A stretch of DNA of 64,000 nucleotides from an uncultured Nitrosomonadales bacterium (lineage in GTDB: Bacteria > Pseudomonadota > Gammaproteobacteria > Burkholderiales > Gallionellaceae). Positions 47,319 to 56,133 of the stretch are shown here, piece after piece. Position 1 is the stretch's first letter. Each line of letters starts with the position of its first letter. The notes beneath the pieces were generated by a model that saw only the letters and a list, made by a program, of their open reading frames with translations, was not told the DNA's origin and did no database searches. Location: contig CAITJF010000152.1 of assembly GCA_903892645.1 (NCBI GenBank), forward strand, positions 2,205-66,204, read 5' to 3'. Both the position numbers and the translations under genes were made by a program.

Positions 47319-48053
47319 CTAGAGGAATTGCGGCGGCGGGCCGACGTAGGCTTGTAACCCAGGCAGATTATGAAGCTCCACCGATTTGTTGCGTATGTTA
47401 ATCAACCCGATCCCCTGGAAGTGTGACAGTGTGCGGCTGACCGTTTCCAGCTTCATCCCGAGATAGCTGCCGATTTCCTGGCGCGTCATGCGCAAATGGA
47501 ATGATGTGGGCGAGTAACCGCGTGTGGCAAAGCGCTGCGACAGGTTAAGCAGGAAGGCAGCCAAACGCTCTTCTGCGCGCATCGAGCCGAGCAGCAGCAT
47601 GATGCCTTGGTCACGCACGATCTCGCGGCTCAGGATGCGGTGCAGGTGGCGTTGCAGAGAGGGTAATTTGCGGCTGAGTTCCTCCAGTTGGCTAAAAGGG
47701 ATCTCGCATACCTCGCTGTCTTCCAAGGCGATCGCATCGCAGGTATGTGCATCGCTGCTGATGGCATCCAACCCGATGATTTCCCCTGCCATTTGGAAGC
47801 CGGTGACCTGTTCGCGGCCATCTTCGTGCAGCACTTGGGTCTTGAAAAAACCGGTACGGATGGCATATAGAGACTGGAATTTTGCGCCACTGCGGTATAA
47901 GTAATCGCCGCGCTGGTATGCGTGCTTCAGGCTGATTAAGTCATCCAGCTGCTCCAAGTCAGCCTCAGTGAGTTTCCTGGGCAGGCACAGCTCACGCAAG
48001 TTACAGCCGGAACAGGCGACTCTTAGCGGGGTTAGAGAGACGGATTTTTGCAC
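47319..48053 (-). CDS. fnr: FNR-type O2-sensing Crp/Fnr family regulator
   Basis: 244 aa. N-terminal Cys cluster ACSGCNLRELCLP plus an internal Cys. cNMP-like domain and the HTH recognition motif ETVSRTL (E--SR). Confidence 0.88.
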   Translation of the reverse strand: MQKSVSLTPLRVACSGCNLRELCLPRKLTEADLEQLDDLISLKHAYQRGDYLYRSGAKFQSLYAIRTGFFKTQVLHEDGREQVTGFQMAGEIIGLDAISSDAHTCDAIALEDSEVCEIPFSQLEELSRKLPSLQRHLHRILSREIVRDQGIMLLLGSMRAEERLAAFLLNLSQRFATRGYSPTSFHLRMTRQEIGSYLGMKLETVSRTLSHFQGIGLINIRNKSVELHNLPGLQAYVGPPPQFL

Positions 48054-48107
48054 GTTTTTCTTGAGTTAGGCAGCATAATTTTTATAGGCATAATTATGAC
48101 AGGGATT

Positions 48108-48121
48108 TTGACCTATATCAA
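48108..48121 (+). promoter_or_regulatory. FNR box TTGAC-CTAT-ATCAA in the fnr-hemN divergent spacer
   Basis: 9 of 10 consensus half-site positions match. CATAAT sits at 48143-48148, 21 nt after the box and about 30 nt before the hemN ATG. Confidence 0.65.
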
Positions 48122-48178
48122 ACGCACGCCATGGCTTGCTAGCATAATCCGATAACTTAGTGAGCCAGCAGAATTATC

Positions 48179-49582
48179 ATGTCCTCAAATATAAAAGCAT
48201 CATCCGAATTAGAAGTTGATCTGGAGTTAATCCGCAGGCTGGACAAGAACGGCCCGCGTTACACCTCCTATCCTACCGCCGACCGTTTTGTCGAGGCGTT
48301 CAATGCCGAAAGCTACCGCAATTGGGTGGCCAAGCGCGAGATTGGCGGTATCAACCGTCCGCTGTCGTTGTATGTGCACATTCCATTCTGCAATACACTG
48401 TGCTTTTACTGCGCCTGCAACAAGGTGATCACCAAAGATCGCAGCAGGGCGGAAGATTATGTCCGCTACCTGATCAAGGAGCTGGCCATGCAGGCTGCCT
48501 TGCTGGGCGATGGGCAGCGCGTTGAACAGTTGCATTGGGGTGGCGGCACCCCAACCTTTCTGAGCGACGACCTGATGCGCGAATTAATGGGTGCTACCCG
48601 AAAGCATTTCAAGCTGGTGGAAAATGGTGAGTATTCCATTGAAATAGACCCGCGCAAAGTCAGCGACCAGACCATCATCCTGCTTGGCGAATTGGGCTTC
48701 AATCGTATCAGCATCGGTGTGCAGGACTTTGATCCGTTGGTGCAGCGCGCGGTAAATCGTATCCAAAGTGAGGCAGAAACGCTGCAGGTGATCCGCGCGG
48801 CGCGTGCCAACGGCTTCAAGTCGGTTAGTCTCGATCTCATTTATGGGTTGCCCAAGCAGACCCTGACGGGCTTTAAAGCCACTCTGGAGAAGGTGATTGC
48901 CGCCAATCCGGATCGCCTGTCCATCTACAACTATGCGCACATGCCCACCATTTTCAAGCCGCAGCGCCGTATCCACGAGGAAGACTTGCCCTCGCCGCAG
49001 GTCAAGCTGGATATTCTCAGCCTCGCGGTCAAGACGCTGACTGATGCCGGTTATGTGTATATCGGCATGGATCACTTTGCCAAGCCAGATGATGAGTTGG
49101 CGATAGCGCAGCGCCAAGGCAGGCTGCACCGCAATTTCCAGGGCTATTCCACGCATTCCGACTGTGACCTGGTGGCGATAGGGGTGAGTTCCATCGGCAA
49201 GATCGGCCCTACCTACAGCCAGAATTTCCGTGAGCTGGAAGATTACTACGACGCGCTTGACCGTGACGAATTGCCCATCATGCGCGGCATGGAACTGAAT
49301 TCAGACGACCTGGTGCGTCGCGCCATCATCCAGGCCCTGATGTGCCATTTCGAGCTTTCCAAGGAATCTTTCAACATCGCCTACCTCATCGACTTTGATC
49401 GCTACTTCGCCACCGAACTCGGTGAGCTGAAGGAATACGAGCGCGAAGGGCTGCTCAAGCTCACGCCGGAGTGGATCAGCGTCACGCCAAAGGGGCGCAT
49501 GCTAATCCGCAATATCTGCATGGTGTTCGACAAATATCTGCGCACGAGACAGGAACATGCACGCTATTCCAAGGTCATATAG
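48179..49582 (+). CDS. hemN: Oxygen-independent coproporphyrinogen III oxidase (radical SAM)
   Basis: 467 aa. HIPFCNTLCFYCAC (CxxxCxxC) and GGGTPTFL motifs. Confidence 0.93.
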   Translation: MSSNIKASSELEVDLELIRRLDKNGPRYTSYPTADRFVEAFNAESYRNWVAKREIGGINRPLSLYVHIPFCNTLCFYCACNKVITKDRSRAEDYVRYLIKELAMQAALLGDGQRVEQLHWGGGTPTFLSDDLMRELMGATRKHFKLVENGEYSIEIDPRKVSDQTIILLGELGFNRISIGVQDFDPLVQRAVNRIQSEAETLQVIRAARANGFKSVSLDLIYGLPKQTLTGFKATLEKVIAANPDRLSIYNYAHMPTIFKPQRRIHEEDLPSPQVKLDILSLAVKTLTDAGYVYIGMDHFAKPDDELAIAQRQGRLHRNFQGYSTHSDCDLVAIGVSSIGKIGPTYSQNFRELEDYYDALDRDELPIMRGMELNSDDLVRRAIIQALMCHFELSKESFNIAYLIDFDRYFATELGELKEYEREGLLKLTPEWISVTPKGRMLIRNICMVFDKYLRTRQEHARYSKVI

Positions 49583-49600
49583 CGGCATGATTCGCAAGGG

Positions 49601-50851
49601 ATGGTAATGAAATGCGTAGATGATTTTCGCTTGCGCTTAGGCAAGCAGGAACTGGTGCCGATTATGGTCGGCGGGATGGGCGTAGATATATCGACCGCCG
49701 ATCTTGCGTTGGAGATTGCCCGCCTAGGCGGTGTAGGCCACATTTCCGACGCAATGTTGCCTACTGTTACAGATCGGCGCTACGACACCGATTTCGTTAA
49801 AAACAAACTCCAGCAGTACAAATACAACCTCGACAACTCCGATAAATCTGCAGTGAAATTCGATCTCGGCCAGGTTGCCGAGGCCACGCGTTTGCACGTG
49901 AGCCATGCCATGCAATCCAAGCGCGGAGAGGGCATGATTTTCATCAACTGCATGGAAAAGCTTACCATGAATGCGCCACGCGAGACGCTTACCGTGCGCT
50001 TGCGCACCGCACTGGATGCCGGTATAGACGGCATTACGCTGGCCGCCGGACTGCATCTGGGTTCGTTCGCGATGATAGAAGACCACCCGCGTTTTCGCGA
50101 TGCCAAGCTTGGCATCATCGTCTCCTCGCTACGTGCGTTGCAGCTGTTCCTGCGCAAAAACGCCAGAACCAGCCGTCTGCCGGATTTTATCGTGGTGGAA
50201 GGCCCGCTTGCAGGTGGCCATTTGGGTTTTGGTATGGACTGGGCAAAATACGATCTGCGTACCATCGTGAACGAGATTTACCTGTATCTGCAAGCCGAGC
50301 ATCTGGATATTCCAGTCATCCCCGCAGGAGGGATTTTTACCGGCAGCGACGCTGTATCTTTTCTCGAGGAAGGTGCTGCGGCAGTGCAAGTGGCGACGCG
50401 CTTTACCGTGGCGCACGAATGCGGCTTGCCGCAGGACGTGATGCAGGAATATTTCAAGGCCGGTGAAGACGATATCGTGGTTAACACCATCTCGCCCACC
50501 GGTTACCCGATGCGTATGTTGAAAAACACCCCGGCCATCGGTTCGGGCATCCGCCCCGGTTGCGAATCCTACGGCTACCTGCTCGATGCCAACGGCAACT
50601 GCTCCTACATTGATGCGTATAACCGCGAGGTCGCGGCGCACCCGGACGCAAAGACAATTTCCGTGATGGATAAGACCTGTCTGTGTACTCACATGCGCAA
50701 CTATAAGTGCTGGACCTGCGGGCACTACACCTACCGATTAAAGGACACCACACGCCGCTTGCCAGACGGTAGCTATCAGGTTCTCAGTGCGGAACAAGTG
50801 TTTCATGACTACCAGTTCAGTGCTGACAATAAAATTGCTTTGCCTGATTAG
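49601..50851 (+). CDS. Nitronate monooxygenase/NPD-like FMN oxidoreductase with Cys-rich C-terminal extension
   Basis: 416 aa. TIM-barrel NPD-like motifs (PIMVGGMGVDIS, VVEGPLAGGHLG, IPAGGI). The extra C-terminus has CLCTHMRNYKCWTCGH. The start may be ATG 49607. Confidence 0.7.
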   Translation: MVMKCVDDFRLRLGKQELVPIMVGGMGVDISTADLALEIARLGGVGHISDAMLPTVTDRRYDTDFVKNKLQQYKYNLDNSDKSAVKFDLGQVAEATRLHVSHAMQSKRGEGMIFINCMEKLTMNAPRETLTVRLRTALDAGIDGITLAAGLHLGSFAMIEDHPRFRDAKLGIIVSSLRALQLFLRKNARTSRLPDFIVVEGPLAGGHLGFGMDWAKYDLRTIVNEIYLYLQAEHLDIPVIPAGGIFTGSDAVSFLEEGAAAVQVATRFTVAHECGLPQDVMQEYFKAGEDDIVVNTISPTGYPMRMLKNTPAIGSGIRPGCESYGYLLDANGNCSYIDAYNREVAAHPDAKTISVMDKTCLCTHMRNYKCWTCGHYTYRLKDTTRRLPDGSYQVLSAEQVFHDYQFSADNKIALPD

Positions 50852-50985
50852 TCTCATACCTTACATGCACTCACGGTAAATCCGTAGCGTGTAAGTGTTT
50901 CGCCCGAGTTATCTAACATCTCACTAGCCTTCAGCAGGTTTTGGCTTCGTTTATAATCGCCCCATCACTTTCAAGAGGTGGCGCC

Positions 50986-53016
50986 ATGAATAAATTCCTC
51001 AAATATGGCTTATTGGGCGCAGGTGGCATTGGCGTGTTGGCGGCGGCAGGTGTGGCTTATATTGCCGCGACATTCAATCCCAACGACTATAAGGCACAGA
51101 TCATCCAGGTCGTGAAGGACAAAAAGCAGCGCACCCTCAAGCTGGATGGCGACATCAAGCTGACTTTCTTTCCCGGCATAGGCGCCAACATCGGCAAGAT
51201 TTCCCTCTCCGAATTCAAGAGCGAAAAAGAATTCGTTGCAATTGAGGGTGCCCATGTTTCGCTGGCACTGCTACCGCTGTTTTCCAGGCAGGTGGTGGTG
51301 GACGAGGTGGTGGTCAGCGGCCTGAAGGCCACGCTGGTGAAACTTAAAGACGGCAAGACCAATATTGAGGACCTGCTGGGCAAGGAGGGGGGCAAGGCCG
51401 GAATCAAGGCTGAAGATACGCAGATGAAATTCGACATCGCTTCGGTGCGCGTGGAAAAAGCCGGGTTGACTTATCACGATGAAACCAGCGGTGCACAGTA
51501 TGCGCTGAAAGACATCAACCTCAAAACCAGTCGTGTCGCTAATGGCGTACCGTGCAAGATTGATTTCGCGGCGGTGATCCAGTCTAGCCAGCCCAAGCTG
51601 GACATCATTACACAACTGAAGACCACGCTCACTTTCGATTTTGGAAAGCTAATCTACCGTCTGGAAGGGCTGGATTTGCAGGCTAAAGGTGTGGCACCAG
51701 GCATTGATAATCTTGCGGCCAGTCTTGCGCTTCCCATGCTGGAAGGCAATGCAAAATCGTTCAAGGCCAGTATGTTGACGCTGGGATTGGACATGAAGCA
51801 ACCAGAGCAGGCGTTCAAGGTGAAGCTCTCATCTCCTGTGAATGGCAACCTTGAAATACCGCAATTCAATCTGTCCGATCTCACGGTCGCGGTAAATGCC
51901 ACAGGCGACAAACTGCCGAACAAATCGGTCAGCAGCGAGATGAAGGGTAGCGTGCAGGTGGATGCCGGGCGGGAGAGCGTGCAGATCAATCTTGCGGGAG
52001 GCTTGTTGCAAAGCCAGGTAAAGGCCAGAGTGGCGTTGAATAGCTTTTCCAACCCGGTTGTCCGTTTTGATGTGGACGTAGATCAGTTCGATGCCGACCT
52101 GTATCTGCCGAAGAAATCCGAAAATGGTTCTGCCAAGGTTAATGCCGCAGCATCGGAGCAACCGCTGGATCTTTCCGCTTTGAGAAGACTCAATCTGGAT
52201 GGCAGTTTGCGCATCGGTACCCTCAAGGCTGCCAATATAAAATCGTCGCAGCTGCGCCTCGGCATGAAGGCACACAATGGAGTGCTCGACATCAATCCGC
52301 TGTCCGCTAATCTGTATCAGGGCAGTATGAGTGGCAGCGTTACGGTTAATGCCGTACCAGTCAAGCCCAGCTTCGCCATCAACGAAAATCTCAGTGGCAT
52401 TAACATCGCGTCGTTGCTCAAGGATGCCGCCAATTTTGATACGCTGGAAGGCAAGGGCAATGTGTCGCTCAACCTCAACACGCAGGGCGGCACTGTGACT
52501 GCGCTCAAGCAGGCACTTAACGGCAGCATGGCGCTAAGCTTGGCCGATGGCGCGGTCAAGGGCATCAACATCGCCAAAAAATTGCGCGATGCGAAAGACC
52601 TGTTTGGCAAAGGCGGTGTGGCACAGACTCATGCGGCCAACAAGGACGAGAAGACCGACTTCAGCGAGCTTAAGGCCAGCTTCAAGGTGAACAGCGGCGT
52701 GGCGCACAACGACGATCTCTCGCTGAAATCGCCGCTGCTGCGCTTGTCCGGCAATGGCGACATCAACATCGGCAACGACAGCATCAACTATCTGGCCAAG
52801 GCCACGCTGGCAACCACGCTGCAAGGCCAGGGCGGCAGGGACAATGTCGGCGGCATCACCGTGCCGGTGCGATTGAGCGGGCCATTCACCGACCTCAAAT
52901 ACACACTGGATTTCGGCGCGATGGTATCCGACGCGGTGAAGCAGAAGGTTCAAACAGAGGTCAAGACCAAGCTGCAAGACCAGCTCAAAGAAGGCATGAA
53001 GGGGTTGTTCAAATAA
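50986..53016 (+). CDS. AsmA-family outer-membrane assembly protein
   Basis: The likely start is MNKFLKYGLLGAGGIGVLAAAG (TM anchor) at 50986. It has a long beta-rich body and the AsmA-like C-terminal block VPVRLSGPFTDLKY. Confidence 0.7.
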   Translation: MNKFLKYGLLGAGGIGVLAAAGVAYIAATFNPNDYKAQIIQVVKDKKQRTLKLDGDIKLTFFPGIGANIGKISLSEFKSEKEFVAIEGAHVSLALLPLFSRQVVVDEVVVSGLKATLVKLKDGKTNIEDLLGKEGGKAGIKAEDTQMKFDIASVRVEKAGLTYHDETSGAQYALKDINLKTSRVANGVPCKIDFAAVIQSSQPKLDIITQLKTTLTFDFGKLIYRLEGLDLQAKGVAPGIDNLAASLALPMLEGNAKSFKASMLTLGLDMKQPEQAFKVKLSSPVNGNLEIPQFNLSDLTVAVNATGDKLPNKSVSSEMKGSVQVDAGRESVQINLAGGLLQSQVKARVALNSFSNPVVRFDVDVDQFDADLYLPKKSENGSAKVNAAASEQPLDLSALRRLNLDGSLRIGTLKAANIKSSQLRLGMKAHNGVLDINPLSANLYQGSMSGSVTVNAVPVKPSFAINENLSGINIASLLKDAANFDTLEGKGNVSLNLNTQGGTVTALKQALNGSMALSLADGAVKGINIAKKLRDAKDLFGKGGVAQTHAANKDEKTDFSELKASFKVNSGVAHNDDLSLKSPLLRLSGNGDINIGNDSINYLAKATLATTLQGQGGRDNVGGITVPVRLSGPFTDLKYTLDFGAMVSDAVKQKVQTEVKTKLQDQLKEGMKGLFK

Positions 53017-53024
53017 ACACCGCA

Positions 53025-53046
53025 GGGGCGCGATTAATCGCGCCCC
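53025..53046 (+). terminator. 22-nt perfect palindrome after asmA (possible terminator)
   Basis: GGGGCGCGATTAATCGCGCCCC. No U-run follows, so terminator function is uncertain. Confidence 0.35.
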
Positions 53047-53062
53047 ACAGAACAATTCATCT

Positions 53063-53629
53063 ATGAGTAATTTTGCAACGTGCCTCATTCGCTGGCAACG
53101 CCAGTATGGCCGCCACGGCTTGCCGTGGCAGGGTGCGGATGCCTACTGTGTGTGGCTGTCCTAGATCATGTTGCAGCAGACCCAGGTCGCCACCGTCATC
53201 CCTTATTACCAGCGCTTCGTAACAAGTTTCCCGGATATTGCCGCGCTCGCAGCGGCGAGCGAGGACGACGTGCTGGCGCACTGGAGCGGGCTGGGCTACT
53301 ACTCGCGTGCGCGCAATCTGCACCGTGCGGCGCAGCTCATCATGCAGCGGCATGACGGAAAATTTCCATATCACTTCGACGATATCCTCGCACTGCCCGG
53401 CATAGGCCGTTCCACCGCCGCCGCCATCAGCGCCTTGGTGTTCCATGAGCGGCGCGCGATTCTCGATGGCAACGTCAAACGCGTACTGGCGCGCTACCGC
53501 GCCATCGAAGGTTACACTGGCGAGAAAAAAACTGAGGCGCAACTCTGGCAACAGGCGGAAGCGTTGTTGCCAGTGCGCGACGTGGCGACTTACACGCAAG
53601 GCCTGATGGACTTGGGCGCGTTGCTCTGA
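53063..53629 (+). pseudogene. mutY: A/G-specific adenine glycosylase MutY, inactivated (in-frame amber plus 3' truncation)
   Basis: The frame from ATG 53063 reads ...GLPWQGADAYCVWLS-TAG(53162-53164)-IMLQQTQVATVIPYY... The canonical motif is WLSEIMLQQTQV. Homology ends at ...QGLMDLGALL-stop, before the Fe-S loop and the C-terminal domain. Confidence 0.8.
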
Positions 53630-54316
53630 TGTCAGGCTGGAAACCCGAGAGCCATCCAGAAGACCTGCTTCATCCGGGAGTTCACAATGATAAACCGCAG
53701 TTGCCAGCACTTCTGGCAATCCCCATTCCATCAGCAAGGTAGAGGCCAATTCACGGTGGTCGGTATCAAAGGCTTCCCGCTCTAACGCTAGCTGTTTATG
53801 AATCTCGTTATCCGATGTGGAAATAATTTCACCATAGCGCTCGGGAAAGATGGAGGCTAGAGCCAATTCCCCAACGCTGCATAACAGTCCGGCAGTAAAG
53901 TTTTCTTCAGGAGTAATCTGGGCATAATGAGCCAGTGCCTGTGCTGAAATGGCGGCTGCCAAGGCGCGTGACCAGAATCGCTTATAGTCAAATTGAGGAC
54001 AGTTGCCGCTACGATGATTATGCAACACAGAGAGGGCGAGAACGAGAACGCGCACCCGAAGAGTGCCAAGTGTGGTGACGGCTTTCGAAAGCGAGACAAT
54101 GGGACGGTTATGGCCGTAGGAAGCAGCATTGGAAAACTTCAGTAGATCCCCCGCAATTGCCGGATCGGACTGTACCAAGCGAACTAGATCGTCGATTTTG
54201 TAATCGTCACACTGCAGTAGCTTGGCGATAGCCAAGCCTACGCCCTTAGGGGAGGGCAACTGCCCCGAGGCCTTGAGTTGCTTGTAAAGTGCTGGATCAA
54301 CCAACTGCACAATCAC
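53630..54316 (-). CDS. HDOD-domain protein, 3' end replaced (ORF runs on antisense through mutY to 53057)
   Basis: The first ~228 codons are HDOD-like (LPSPKGVGLAIAKLL...DDLVRLVQSDPAIAGDLLKFSNAASYG...SLSKAVTTLG). The remaining ~190 codons of the track ORF are the reverse complement of mutY and are not credible coding sequence. Confidence 0.6.
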
Positions 54317-54599
54317 TCTCCTTCTGGAGCGTACATCAGTGGCTCCTTCGAATGCTACATGTCGAGGGGGTCTATTTCAGCGACGACTCCAACACCTGGC
54401 TACCTTCTCAAAGTATTGAGTTAGCCCGGTACGGATTAATTTTGATCGTCAGTCACCATCATAATGAGAATCGTCATGACCATCGCTGTCTTACCCCTAA
54501 ACAAAAACTCATCAGGGAGAAGCTACTCCTGTTTTTGGTTAATTCATATATGCCAAAAGGCCTATATATTTTGACGTAGGGGGAAGAGAGAGGTTTGTG

Positions 54600-54947
54600 T
54601 CAGTGTTTGTCTGACAGGATGCAGGTATCCGGCAGGGGTCGCTTTCCGCCCACCGGCGGATGAATGTCATTTTTGGATAGAGCTAAGCAGGTGGATTTCG
54701 CGGCATACCGGTCAGATGGAAGGTACGCTTCCGCAATTACTTGGGCCGGTAAGAAGCAATCGTCCTGCCTTCTGTATCTACAACCAGCCAGGATTCTTCC
54801 CCTTGGCGAGCCGGAATGTCGGACTTTCTGCCTAATTTGATAGCAGGGATGCCGTTGACGAATAAGATGAACATGATTTTCTCCATTGAGTGAGTGCATC
54901 CAGATTACCGCTTTAAAATGGAATTGCATGAGAGGATAAGATGGCAA
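54600..54947 (-). pseudogene. Decayed HUH/Y1 (IS200/RAYT-like) transposase remnant
   Basis: The translation contains NGENHVHLIRQ (the MxNHxHLL HUH block), then GRILAGCRYRRQ (similar to GhLfqgRYk) and NDIHPPVGG (similar to RYIhxNPV). Spacing is shortened and the sequence is degenerate. Confidence 0.4.
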
Positions 54948-54977
54948 AAAGGGTAGTATTTCTGCACTGGAAAAATT

Positions 54978-55250
54978 ATGGGGATCGCCATAAAAAGACT
55001 GAAAAATGAAGCGGCATTGTTTAAAGAAGCGTTACTCGCAGGGGTGAAGTATGCGGAGGGGCGAGGCGTAGTCGAGTTTGAAGCAACTGATTCGGCGAGC
55101 AAGAAAATTTTATATATCTACAGGCGGCTGGCCCACGATAAAGTCATTCAGCTATTGCCGGAAGATCGGGTTGCCGAAAAATCCTTGCGGCACAAACTTG
55201 CAATCTGGTATTCAAAACAATTGCCCATGGACCATTCGCTTTTAAAGTAA
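54978..55250 (+). CDS. Hypothetical protein (weak)
   Basis: 90-aa ORF in the AT-richer patch. No motif recognised. Confidence 0.25.
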   Translation: MGIAIKRLKNEAALFKEALLAGVKYAEGRGVVEFEATDSASKKILYIYRRLAHDKVIQLLPEDRVAEKSLRHKLAIWYSKQLPMDHSLLK

Positions 55251-55405
55251 AAGAGTCGCCCAGTTGATCTTGCCGATACACACGTGCCACGGGTTTATTT
55301 CATGCTGCAAAAGGCTCAGCCTGGAATGGATCTGGCGATGAATGGTAAACTTTGGCCTAGGTAGCGATATCCATGAGTGCATGGTGTTTCAACGAATAGG
55401 TAGAT

Positions 55406-55921
55406 TTGTACATGAAAGCAATTTTTCTGGTTTTTTTCTGGGCATCAGCAATATCTGTAACTGCATTTGCGAGTACACCAGGCGAGGTTGAGGTCGGTGG
55501 CTATCTTCGCGAGGCGACGTTACATGGGTTTTCCGGTAATTCAAAAAGGTTCTCCGACTACCGTGGGAAACCCTTGGTCATTAACGTTTGGGCCAGTTGG
55601 TGTGCCCCCTGCCGGGCAGAAATGGGTTCGCTGGAGCGGCTTTACCGCCGGTATGGTGGAAAGCAATTCAATGTTATCGGCATCTCAACCGACGACGATG
55701 GCAGCGCAGCCGCAGCATTTATCAAGAAATCAAAGATTACGTTTGTTAACTATCTTGATAGCAAGGTGTTCCTGGAAAACATGTTGGGAGCCAATATGAT
55801 TCCATTGACCATTCTGGTGGATGCCAACGGTCGCGTGGTTGAGAAAGTTCATGGGGCTCATGAATGGGATAGCCCGGAATTTATTGAGGCGATAGGAAAA
55901 ACGTTTCACATAAAGATGTAA
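55406..55921 (+). CDS. TlpA/ResA-like periplasmic thiol:disulfide oxidoreductase
   Basis: Signal peptide plus the thioredoxin motif WASWCAPC. Confidence 0.85.
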   Translation: MYMKAIFLVFFWASAISVTAFASTPGEVEVGGYLREATLHGFSGNSKRFSDYRGKPLVINVWASWCAPCRAEMGSLERLYRRYGGKQFNVIGISTDDDGSAAAAFIKKSKITFVNYLDSKVFLENMLGANMIPLTILVDANGRVVEKVHGAHEWDSPEFIEAIGKTFHIKM

Positions 55922-55984
55922 CATTAAGCCAGCAGCGCACCACCCTAGTGTAGTGTCTTGCAATCACCTTTGCTTTCCGCAAGG

Positions 55985-56104
55985 CCGTTCGTGCTGAGCC
56001 TGTTCTGAGCATGTCGAAGTGGTATGAATGGCAACCACTTGGCAAGCCGCCTTTGGGTTGCTTAGTGGGATGGCTAGTCGTTTTATCAGGCTCAGGCCGA
56101 ACGG
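55985..56104. repeat. MITE/REP-like element with 18-bp terminal inverted repeats
   Basis: CCGTTCGTGCTGAGCCTG (55985-56002) against CAGGCTCAGGCCGAACGG (56087-56104), 16 of 18 complementary. It lies in the convergent spacer between the tlpA-like and pseudouridine synthase genes. Confidence 0.6.
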
Positions 56105-56133
56105 GTATGCGAAGCCATTTACGAGGCACTGCA

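Noticed and set aside
53162-53164. TAG in mutY as a recoded (pyrrolysine or read-through) codon
   Set aside because: No recoding machinery or signals are visible. The codon replaces the catalytic Glu. The gene also lacks its entire 3' half, so pseudogenisation is the simpler reading.
53057-53629. C-terminal ~190 codons of the 419-aa minus-strand ORF as genuine protein sequence
   Set aside because: It is the exact reverse complement of recognisable mutY coding sequence. The frame is open by chance and composition, and HDOD similarity ends at about 53630.
54289-54579. 96-aa + ORF upstream of the HDOD gene
   Set aside because: It lies in the AT-rich leader region, has no ribosome-binding site or motif, and overlaps the HDOD start.
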